Source of the DNA: Candidatus Omnitrophota bacterium
GTDB lineage: Bacteria; Omnitrophota; Omnitrophia; Omnitrophales; Aquincolibacteriaceae
Direction: 5' to 3'
DNA: 64,000 nucleotides
Assembly: GCA_903884815.1 (NCBI GenBank)
Contig: CAISGE010000002.1
Coordinates: 45,955-109,954 of the forward strand
Shown here: piece after piece, positions 11,494 through 19,328 of the stretch
How the letters are laid out: every line of letters starts with the position of its first letter
Position numbering within the stretch: position 1 is the stretch's first letter
Program-made: the position numbers and the translations under genes
Notes under the pieces: generated by a model
Databases searched by the model: none
What the model was told of the DNA's origin: nothing
The model's input: only the letters and a program-made list of their open reading frames with translations

Positions 11494-12465
11494 ATGGGGA
11501 AAATATTCTCTTTCTTTAATCAAAAAGGTGGTGTTGGAAAAACAACGTCTGTCGTGAACATAGCCGCCGTTATAGCCGCTTTTGGAAAGAAGGTTCTTCT
11601 TATAGATCTAGATTCGCAAGGTAATGCAACAAGCGGACTTGGAATAGAGAAAAACGAGAATGAATCCACAGCTTATCAACTTCTTGTGGAAAACTCTGAT
11701 CCAAACGAAAGCATCAAAAAAACAGAGATTGAAAACCTTTCTATCGTCCCATCGAATGCCCATCTTTCCGGAGCGGAAATGCATTTGATAAGCCGCGATC
11801 AGAGGGAGTTCGTTCTTCGAGAGCAATTAAAAAAGATAAGCGGGAGCTATGATTTTATCCTCTTGGACTGCCCGCCATCGCTTGGACTGACAAGCATAAA
11901 TGCTTTAACATCAAGCGATTACATTATTATTCCTCTCCAGTGCGAGTATTACGCCTTGGAGGGTCTTGGCCAACTCCTGAATACATTTCAGCTTGTCAAA
12001 AAAAATCTTAGCGTGAATCTTGAGCTCGGGGGCGTGATTCTGACGATGGCGGATATCAGGACCAATCTGACGCAGCAGGTGATCGAGGAAGTCCGGAACT
12101 ATTTCAAAGAAAAAGTATTTCAGGCAGTTATTCCGAGGTCTGTGAAGCTTTCTGAGGCGCCAAGCTTTGGAAAGCCAGCCGTGATTTATGACCCTCATAA
12201 TAGAGGCTCGCAGGCTTATGTCGAGCTTGGGAAAGAATTTTTGGTGCGCTTTGGCTCCGACGAAGATCGTCAAAAGATCTCCGAGAAAGGGGCGGAAGCC
12301 TTTACAGTCAAATCTGTTACGCCCGAATCCAACGAAACGAAATCAGAAGAAACAAAAACGGTTACAAGCGAGACTACCGTTGAAACGGTAACTTCCGACA
12401 ACGGGACCGAGGCGGAGCCCCAAGCTGCAAGTGAAACCTCGTCTACCACACCCACAAATTCTTAA
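11494..12465 (+). CDS. parA: Chromosome partitioning ATPase ParA/Soj with an acidic Ser/Thr-rich C-terminal tail
   Basis: NQKGGVGKTT, DLDSQGNAT, DCPPSLG, QCEYYALEGL, SEAPSFG; GGAGG SD before ATG 11494. Confidence 0.97.
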   Translation: MGKIFSFFNQKGGVGKTTSVVNIAAVIAAFGKKVLLIDLDSQGNATSGLGIEKNENESTAYQLLVENSDPNESIKKTEIENLSIVPSNAHLSGAEMHLISRDQREFVLREQLKKISGSYDFILLDCPPSLGLTSINALTSSDYIIIPLQCEYYALEGLGQLLNTFQLVKKNLSVNLELGGVILTMADIRTNLTQQVIEEVRNYFKEKVFQAVIPRSVKLSEAPSFGKPAVIYDPHNRGSQAYVELGKEFLVRFGSDEDRQKISEKGAEAFTVKSVTPESNETKSEETKTVTSETTVETVTSDNGTEAEPQAASETSSTTPTNS

Positions 12466-12500
12466 ACGCGAAACGTTCTATATAAGGAAGGAGCCTTCTC

Positions 12501-13448
12501 ATGAAAAAAGCACTCGGCAGGGGATTGAGCGCGTTGATCCCGGACAGTTACAAAGAGCAGATGGTCGCGGAGAGAAAAGAAGCTCCGGCCGCCACCGTGA
12601 CGCTTAACGCGGAGCCGGAGGTTTCCATCACGGCGCCGGTCTTTGACGCGAAAACGCAGGCTTTTCAGCTGATACCGATCGCGCAGATCGCAACGAACGC
12701 GGATCAGCCGCGCAAAAATTTCAATACCGAAACTATCGAGGAGCTCGCGAATTCGATCCGAGAGAAGGGCGTGCTCCAGCCGATCATCGTTAAAAAGAAA
12801 GAAAGCGGAGGATACGAGATCGTCTGTGGGGAGAGGCGATTTCGCGCAGCATCGCTCTGCGGTCTCACCGAAGTACCCGCGATCATTAAGGATATTGCCG
12901 CTGAAGATTTTCTGGAATGGGCGCTCATCGAAAATATTCAGCGGGAAGATCTGAATCCGATCGAAGAAGCCGAGGCTTATCAGCGGCTCGTGGAAGAGCG
13001 CAGGATCTCTCAAGAGGAGGTCGCGAAGCGCGTCGGCAAGAACCGCGTCACAGTGACAAATACCATGCGACTGCTGCGCCTGCCGCAGGAAGTGAAGCAG
13101 TCTTTGGTCGAGGGAAATCTCTCGGCGGGGCACGCCCGGGCGCTCCTGGGTCTTCTGACGCCGGAGCACCAGCGGCATATGGCGAAACGGATTGCCGAGG
13201 AGAATCTCTCGGTGCGCCAGGTCGAAGCCATTGTGAACCGGAGCAACGCGCATAAACGGAAAGCCAAGACCGCGCGGCATTTAAGCGCCGACATCGTGGA
13301 CCTTGAAACGAGGCTCACGCATTTTCTCGGGACGCAGGCGAAAATTTATCCGCGCAAGAATCAAAAAGAAGGCCGCATCGAGATCCAGTATTTTTCTCTC
13401 GACGATCTCGATCGCGTACTCCAGAAGATCGGTTTGCCGCGAGGCTGA
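12501..13448 (+). CDS. parB: Chromosome partitioning protein ParB/Spo0J
   Basis: KALGRGLSALI, QPRKNF, GERRFRA, ENIQREDLNPIEEA, GHARALL. Confidence 0.98.
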   Translation: MKKALGRGLSALIPDSYKEQMVAERKEAPAATVTLNAEPEVSITAPVFDAKTQAFQLIPIAQIATNADQPRKNFNTETIEELANSIREKGVLQPIIVKKKESGGYEIVCGERRFRAASLCGLTEVPAIIKDIAAEDFLEWALIENIQREDLNPIEEAEAYQRLVEERRISQEEVAKRVGKNRVTVTNTMRLLRLPQEVKQSLVEGNLSAGHARALLGLLTPEHQRHMAKRIAEENLSVRQVEAIVNRSNAHKRKAKTARHLSADIVDLETRLTHFLGTQAKIYPRKNQKEGRIEIQYFSLDDLDRVLQKIGLPRG

Positions 13449-13493
13449 CGCTCGAATCCGTCTGAAAGAAAAAACGTTACGAAAGAGCCGCGT

Positions 13494-14897
13494 ATGAACC
13501 CGCAGCGCGAATACCGATTCTTGGAGCAGACGCTCAGCCTGTGCCCGCAGTGTTTGATGCGCGTGGATGCGAAGATCGTTCTCAAGAAAAACTCTGTTTA
13601 TCTCTTGAAATTCTGTCCCGTCCATGGCCCCCAGGAGGAGATCCTGGAAAAAGACGGCGATTACTATCTGCAACGAATGAAATACGACAAGCCCGCCACG
13701 GTTTCCAAAACACAAACGGAGCGAACGCTCGGCTGTCCTTTTGACTGTGGGTTATGCCCCGAGCACGAACAACACACCTGTAACGGACTTATCGAAATTA
13801 CAAGCGAGTGTGATCTGAAGTGCCCGGTCTGCTATGCGGAGAGCGGCCAGGGGAGGCACCTTGCCCTGGAAAAGATCGATTCCATGCTGGATTTTTTTGT
13901 TGACTCCGAATTTGGCGGGGCCGAAATCCTTCAGATCAGCGGTGGGGAACCGACAAGACATCCCGATATTCTCGAGATCCTCCGACGGGCGAAGGAGAAG
14001 AAGATCAAATATGTGCTGCTCAACACGAACGGCCTTCGCATGGCGGAAGATGAGGCTTTTGTCAAAGAGCTGAGCCGGTTCATCGGCGGGTTCGAAGTCT
14101 ATTTCCAGTTCGATGGGTTTGATCCCAAAACCGATCAACGACTCAGGGGCAGAAAGGTTTCCGAACTTAAGCAGGCAGCGATTCAGCGCCTCGAGCAATA
14201 CGGGATCCCCGTCACGCTGGTGACGACGGTGGATGCGGGCGTGAACGACCATGAGATCGGGCGGATCCTCGAATATGGCATCCGGGCAAAAAATATACGA
14301 GGCATCAATTTTCAGCCGGTCGCCTTTTTCGGACGCCACCACGAGGCGGTCACAGAAGGGCGCGCCACTCTCTCCGGGATCCTCGAAGAGATCGAGAAGC
14401 AAAGCAAGGGGATGCTTCTTAAAAAAGATTTTTTTCCGTTGCCCTGCGATGTCGACCGCGTTGCGATCACCTATCTCTACAAGACAAAAAAAGGTTTCGT
14501 TCCACTGACGCGAAATTTTAAAGCCGAAAAACACCTGCCCATGATCCGGAACACGTTTCGCTTCGATCCAGACGATTTTTTAAAGGATCTGGCCAAAAAC
14601 ATTTTCTCCACAAGCTGTTGTGATTATCTGGGATTTTTTTCCAAACTTCGGAAACTTATCCCCCAAAATTATTTTCTAAAAACAGAGCAGGAAAAAGTCG
14701 CCTACGTGAGCGAAAACACTTTCAGGGTCAGCGTCACTTCGTTTCTCGACGCCTATAATTTCGACATGAAGTCGATGAAGAAAGAATGCGTGCACATCAT
14801 CACTCCGGACCTGAAAAAGATCCCGTTCTCGGCGTATAACATTCTCTATCGTAACCGCAAAACTGAAGCCGAGACGGTTCCGGAGAAAAAACAATGA
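13494..14897 (+). CDS. Radical SAM protein of the Tes/MJ0619 (tetraether-synthase-like) family
   Basis: N-terminal SLCPQC...KFCPVHG metal site, GCPFDCGLCPEHEQHTC auxiliary-cluster motif, CDLKCPVC radical-SAM motif, SGGEPT, C-terminal CVHIITPD..KIPFSAYN. Confidence 0.85.
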   Translation: MNPQREYRFLEQTLSLCPQCLMRVDAKIVLKKNSVYLLKFCPVHGPQEEILEKDGDYYLQRMKYDKPATVSKTQTERTLGCPFDCGLCPEHEQHTCNGLIEITSECDLKCPVCYAESGQGRHLALEKIDSMLDFFVDSEFGGAEILQISGGEPTRHPDILEILRRAKEKKIKYVLLNTNGLRMAEDEAFVKELSRFIGGFEVYFQFDGFDPKTDQRLRGRKVSELKQAAIQRLEQYGIPVTLVTTVDAGVNDHEIGRILEYGIRAKNIRGINFQPVAFFGRHHEAVTEGRATLSGILEEIEKQSKGMLLKKDFFPLPCDVDRVAITYLYKTKKGFVPLTRNFKAEKHLPMIRNTFRFDPDDFLKDLAKNIFSTSCCDYLGFFSKLRKLIPQNYFLKTEQEKVAYVSENTFRVSVTSFLDAYNFDMKSMKKECVHIITPDLKKIPFSAYNILYRNRKTEAETVPEKKQ

Positions 14898-15502
14898 CGC
14901 TGCTCGAGGTTTTTTATGCGGGGATCAGCCTTCTCGTGGCGCTTTCCGTTTTTGCCGTTCTTACGGCTGTTCTTATCGATTTCATAGAAATCCATAAAAA
15001 AAGCCAGACCAAAAAAGAAAAAAAGAGCATCGTCGCCACGGGAACCATGCTTCTTTTTTTCCTGCTCTTTTATGCGGTGATCCGGCTTCGTCTGGGGCAG
15101 GTGCCGGTGAATCCGCCGTCCTTAAGGATGTGTTTTGTTTTGGCGGGGCTGGCCCTTGTCATTACAGGGGCGATCACGAATATTCTGGGGCGTTTGGCCC
15201 TGGGGAGAAATTGGGCGAACCATATCAAGATCTACAGCGACCACGCTCTGGTGTCGGGAGGCGCGTACAAAATCGTCAGGCATCCTCTTTACGCGTCGCT
15301 CATCTGGATGTTCTTGGGGGCCAGCCTGGTCTATCTTAACTATCTGGCGTTTTTGGCGAACGCAATTATTTTTGTTCCGTTTATGTATTACCGGGCCAAA
15401 CAGGAGGAAGATCTTCTGTCCAAAGAATTCGAAGAATATAAGGATTATCAAAAAAATGTCGGAATGTTTTTCCCCAAAATATTCAGGAGGACGAAAACGT
15501 GA
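14894..15502 (+). CDS. Isoprenylcysteine carboxyl methyltransferase (ICMT/PEMT) family membrane methyltransferase
   Basis: LGRNWA..I...H.LV..GAYKIVRHPLY and RAKQEEDLL...EYKDY...FFP motifs; multiple TMs; ATGA overlap with the upstream gene. Confidence 0.88.
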   Translation: MTLLEVFYAGISLLVALSVFAVLTAVLIDFIEIHKKSQTKKEKKSIVATGTMLLFFLLFYAVIRLRLGQVPVNPPSLRMCFVLAGLALVITGAITNILGRLALGRNWANHIKIYSDHALVSGGAYKIVRHPLYASLIWMFLGASLVYLNYLAFLANAIIFVPFMYYRAKQEEDLLSKEFEEYKDYQKNVGMFFPKIFRRTKT

Positions 15503-15945
15503 TCCCTTCCAAGCCTGTGTCTGTGCTCAAGCACGCGTTTATTTTTTGCCGCTATGGCGTCGCGGTGTTGATCTGGGCCGCGTTTTTTATGAAGCTTAAA
15601 TGGCTGATGGCAGCCGTCTTTGCGATTTTGTTTCTTTCCGCGCTTCTGAAGGTTGGGAGAGCTCCGATGATCCTTCTTTACTCCCACACGATTAACAAGA
15701 TTTTTCGTTCGGAACACTATGAGGTGCTCAACGAAAACGCCATGAGGTTCGCGCACGTCCTTGGGAGCGCTCTGAGCCTGGCCTGTGTTCTGACGCTTTA
15801 TTTTTTTAACGAAAGGACGGGCTGGGTGATGGTATTCTTTTTTGCGATCCTGAAAACGATCTCTGCGCTTGGATTTTGTCCGGCTTCCAAGCTTTTTGAT
15901 TGCGCCACAAGCGGTTCTTGCTGCTCGTTCCTTAAAAAATCATGA
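15499..15945 (+). CDS. DUF4395-like membrane protein
   Basis: Four hydrophobic segments, E..MRFA..LG and ALGFCPA motifs; GTGA overlap with the upstream gene. Confidence 0.7.
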   Translation: MIPSKPVSVLKHAFIFCRYGVAVLIWAAFFMKLKWLMAAVFAILFLSALLKVGRAPMILLYSHTINKIFRSEHYEVLNENAMRFAHVLGSALSLACVLTLYFFNERTGWVMVFFFAILKTISALGFCPASKLFDCATSGSCCSFLKKS

Positions 15946-16712
15946 CCGATCCGCATGTTTATCCGGCAGGCTGGGGGATTAAGCCGGTCTTGTTTCATCT
16001 GGGAGCCGTGGAGGTCCCATCGTACTCTTTTTTTGTGCTGCTGGGGCTTGTGGCCGGGCTCACAGTGTATTTCCGTGAAGCCAAGCAGCAGAAGGACTTG
16101 GGGGAGCGCTCCTTTTTCATTATCGCGGGCTCTTTGATCGGCGGGATGCTTGGCGCCAAGGGTTTGGAGTGGGCGATCAACTATCCTGAGATTCTGGATC
16201 GCGGGTTGGCTGCCGACTTTCTTTTGAACGGAAAGACGATCATCGGCGGATTGATCGGAGGGATGCTCGGCGCGAACATCACCAAAAAGTTGCTGGGGAT
16301 CAAAACGAAGAAGGGGAATTTGATCGCCCCGGGCATCGCCTTGGGCGTCGCGGTCGGGAGGCTCGGGTGTTTTCTCCACGGCTGTTGTTACGGAAAGCCG
16401 ACCTCTTTGCCCTGGGGCGTGGATTTTGGGGATCATGTTCTCCGGCATCCGACGCAACTTTACGAGGGCCTTTTCATGCTCGGGATGTTTTTCTACCTGG
16501 AGAGGATCAAAGTCCGGCCGGGGCTGAAACCCGGAGAACTTTTTAAGATCCTGATGATCGCTTATTTCATTTTTCGATTTCTGATCGAATTTATCCGGGT
16601 CGAGAAAGCGGCCTTTTGGGGGCTGACCGTTTTCCAGGTTATCGCCCTGGGCGTCCTGGCTTATTTGTTGAAAGATAACCTCAGGAGGACAGAAACTCAT
16701 GGCGGAAAATAA
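15942..16712 (+). CDS. Prolipoprotein diacylglyceryl transferase (Lgt)-family paralog
   Basis: GRLGCFLHGCCYG, HPTQLYE, Y...RFLIEFIR; GKTIIGG replaces the usual GxSxHGG; ATGA overlap with the upstream gene. Confidence 0.88.
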   Translation: MTDPHVYPAGWGIKPVLFHLGAVEVPSYSFFVLLGLVAGLTVYFREAKQQKDLGERSFFIIAGSLIGGMLGAKGLEWAINYPEILDRGLAADFLLNGKTIIGGLIGGMLGANITKKLLGIKTKKGNLIAPGIALGVAVGRLGCFLHGCCYGKPTSLPWGVDFGDHVLRHPTQLYEGLFMLGMFFYLERIKVRPGLKPGELFKILMIAYFIFRFLIEFIRVEKAAFWGLTVFQVIALGVLAYLLKDNLRRTETHGGK

Positions 16713-17013
16713 TGAGATCAAAAAAGAAAACGAGGGAAGTTTTCTCGGGGGATTCTTTATAGGATTTTCGATCGTGTGTGGCTGCGGTATTTTGTACTTT
16801 TTCCCCAGCATGTGGCCGACCCATCATTTCTCCAAGATGTTTTTTTTATCAGCCGCTGAGCTCAGCGCGCTGGCAGGGCTCGTGGCATATGCTACGGGAA
16901 GAAAAAAGTTAGCACGCGGCATGGCGGTTGGCTTTGCAGGCGGCATTATAGTCTTTCCCCTTACCATTCCTTTTATTCTTCTGGGGGGATGCCTCTTGGC
17001 GGGGAGCCGTTGA
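16699..17013 (+). CDS. Small membrane protein 1 with C-terminal lipobox-like motif (putative precursor)
   Basis: AGGAGG SD; ends GRKKLARGMAVG...PFILLGGCLLAGSR; overlaps the Lgt-like gene by 14 nt. Confidence 0.8.
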   Translation: MAENNEIKKENEGSFLGGFFIGFSIVCGCGILYFFPSMWPTHHFSKMFFLSAAELSALAGLVAYATGRKKLARGMAVGFAGGIIVFPLTIPFILLGGCLLAGSR

Positions 17014-17083
17014 GTTCAGGTGCGGGGAACCCCGGGAGCTTCGGCATATTTACGGCAAGACAAACTTCGGCGGGAAAAGGCGT

Positions 17084-17365
17084 ATGCAGAAAATGAAGGA
17101 TCACAAAACAGAAGGCGCGGAGGCCTTCATAATCGCTTTGGGTGCGGCATTCCTTGTGGAAAGTTTTCTCGGGGTTTTCGGGATGATGGCGGTTGTCAAA
17201 ATGACCGCACCCATGAGGGTTTACATGCTTTTCGGCGTGCCCGCTTTGACAGCGGCACTCTTTTTTTGGAAAGGGAGAAAAAAAGTAGCCATGGGGATCT
17301 TGGTTGGCGCCTTAGCGCCCTTCATTGTTTTCGGAGGTTGCTTGTTGGCGTTCGTAGTCGGTTGA
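17084..17365 (+). CDS. Small membrane protein 2, paralog of 16699..17013
   Basis: Ends GRKKVAMGILVGALAPFIVFGGCLLAFVVG. Confidence 0.8.
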   Translation: MQKMKDHKTEGAEAFIIALGAAFLVESFLGVFGMMAVVKMTAPMRVYMLFGVPALTAALFFWKGRKKVAMGILVGALAPFIVFGGCLLAFVVG

Positions 17366-17482
17366 AAGGGTTTATTGGATGATAGACCGCGACGGGGCCC
17401 AGCATTTCACGCAGGAGGTAGATCAGGACTAAAACTCGCTACGTCATTTATTCAGGAGAAACTCAAAAGAGGAACGACTTAA

Positions 17483-17776
17483 ATGGAAGACGACAAAAAG
17501 CCCCTCGCGGTAAGAATCGCGATTTTTATTGGTGGGTGGGCAGTGGGTTTTGCGCTGGCGTGCGTCTGCATCTTTTCGGGACTGGGTCTTATCATTAATG
17601 CAACCCCCCGCGCCGATCTCTATGGCGCCATTAAACTACTCTCTGCTTCCGTGGGGTTTGCAGGGCTCGTGGGTTGGGCTTTTTGGAAAGGGCAAAAAAT
17701 ACTGGCGCTTGGAGTGATCCTTGGGGCTATAGCACCCTTTCTTGCTTTGGGAGCATGCTCCATGGCGATTCGTTGA
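17483..17776 (+). CDS. Small membrane protein 3, paralog of 16699..17013
   Basis: Ends GQKILALGVILGAIAPFLALGACSMAIR; AGAGGA SD. Confidence 0.8.
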   Translation: MEDDKKPLAVRIAIFIGGWAVGFALACVCIFSGLGLIINATPRADLYGAIKLLSASVGFAGLVGWAFWKGQKILALGVILGAIAPFLALGACSMAIR

Positions 17777-17864
17777 GGGCCGGCGAAGGCCCCACCCGCG
17801 CCCGGCTCGCGAGCCGAGCACGCATAAGGGCGCGAACAGAGAACCGCTTCAAGAGAAAAGGGCC

Positions 17865-17895
17865 TTTACAGAAGTCCCGGGCGCTATGCTATAAT
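17865..17895 (+). promoter_or_regulatory. Probable extended -10 promoter for the sugar locus
   Basis: TTTACA (17865-17870) ... TGCTATAAT (17887-17895). Confidence 0.5.
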
Positions 17896-17991
17896 TCGCG
17901 GCCTATAGCGATGCTTTTTTAGCGCGCCATCATAAAAAGAAGTTGTTCCTCGCGGAGCCGGTCAACGCCTTTCAAACGAAGGGAATTCCGT

Positions 17992-19287
17992 ATGTCGAAA
18001 AGTTTTTGGGCGAAGGGTTTTTCCATTCTTTTAACAATCTTTGTTTTGGCCGGCTGCGGTTCACCGGTTGAAACGGGAGCGAAGGGCGTCACGGAAGTGA
18101 AGGTCAGTTTTTGGGGGACGCCCGAAGAGATTGGCATTATTACCGAAGCCCTCGCGCCATGGCAGACCGCACATCCCGAGATCAAGATCGTTTTCGAGCA
18201 TACGCCTTATACCGGCTACATCAGCAAAGTCCTGACCCGCATCGCGGGAGGCGCGGCCCCCGATATTATCGCCACGGAAGTCGATTATTTCGTGACGTTC
18301 GCGACAAAAGGAGTTTTGGAGGATCTGAACCCATATGTGATCTCGGATCCGGCGGGCTTCGACAAAGCGGATTTCTTCCCGCAAATCGTTGACAGGTTCA
18401 CATATCAGGGAAAATTCCTCGCGGCGCCGCGGGATATCGCGCCGTTTGCCTGCGTCTTCTATAATAAAAAAGTTTTTGATCAGGCGAATCTCCCTTACCC
18501 GACCGATGACTGGAATTGGAGCGACATGTTGCGTCTCGCGCGCGAGCTGACCAAAAAAGACGCTTCCGGTCGCGTGGAGCAATACGGATTTTATACCTGG
18601 GCATGGCAGAACTTTCTTTATGGCAATGGCGGCGGCCTCGTGGATAACGTGCAGAACCCCACAAAGACGATGATGGATGATGACCGCTCCATCATGGGCC
18701 TCCAGTTTTATTCGGATCTGAGCAATCTTTATGAGTCGATGCCGACTCCGACTGCGTTCACGAATTTCGGGATGGGCGCGGACCGGATGTTCGCTAACGG
18801 TCGCATCGCCATGTTCCTCTCGGGGATCTGGGAAACGCCACAGTTCCGCAATTACGATTTTGAATGGGACGTCGTGATGTTTCCTAAGAATGATAAAGGC
18901 GTTCGGGCCTTCGGGACGGGGGGGACCGGATACGCGATACTGAAATCTTCCAAGCATAAGAAAGCGGCGTGGGAAGTGATCAAGGCTCTCACCGGGCCTG
19001 AAGGACAAAGGGAGTTCGCCCGCAGGGGTCTTGCCCAACCCGCGCGCATGTCCGTGGCAAAAAGCGACGCGTTTGCGGATGACAAGTCCGTGCCCCGGAA
19101 CAAGAAAATGTTGAATGAAGCGGTTCAGTATGCCGTGTTTAGCCCCTTCCATCCCAAGTGGCGCGAGATCGAAGAAAAATATATCCGCCCCCAGCTCGAC
19201 CTCGTTTTTAACGGGAAGAAAAGCGCCGCGGAGGTCGCCAAAGAATTGGCCCCCGAGGTGAACGCCCAGCTGAAGCGAGACGAATAA
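17992..19287 (+). CDS. Carbohydrate ABC transporter substrate-binding lipoprotein
   Basis: Lipobox LAGC; GGAAPDI, FYNKKVFDQA.LPYP..DWNW, AWEVIKAL (family 1 SBP). Confidence 0.93.
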   Translation: MSKSFWAKGFSILLTIFVLAGCGSPVETGAKGVTEVKVSFWGTPEEIGIITEALAPWQTAHPEIKIVFEHTPYTGYISKVLTRIAGGAAPDIIATEVDYFVTFATKGVLEDLNPYVISDPAGFDKADFFPQIVDRFTYQGKFLAAPRDIAPFACVFYNKKVFDQANLPYPTDDWNWSDMLRLARELTKKDASGRVEQYGFYTWAWQNFLYGNGGGLVDNVQNPTKTMMDDDRSIMGLQFYSDLSNLYESMPTPTAFTNFGMGADRMFANGRIAMFLSGIWETPQFRNYDFEWDVVMFPKNDKGVRAFGTGGTGYAILKSSKHKKAAWEVIKALTGPEGQREFARRGLAQPARMSVAKSDAFADDKSVPRNKKMLNEAVQYAVFSPFHPKWREIEEKYIRPQLDLVFNGKKSAAEVAKELAPEVNAQLKRDE

Positions 19288-19328
19288 ACGATCTCTTTTT
19301 TAAAATTATACAAGGAGCTCCCGCACCC

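Noticed and set aside
17020-17382. 120-aa ORF overlapping the second small paralog
   Set aside because: The 17084..17365 frame carries the conserved family motif; this frame has no features.
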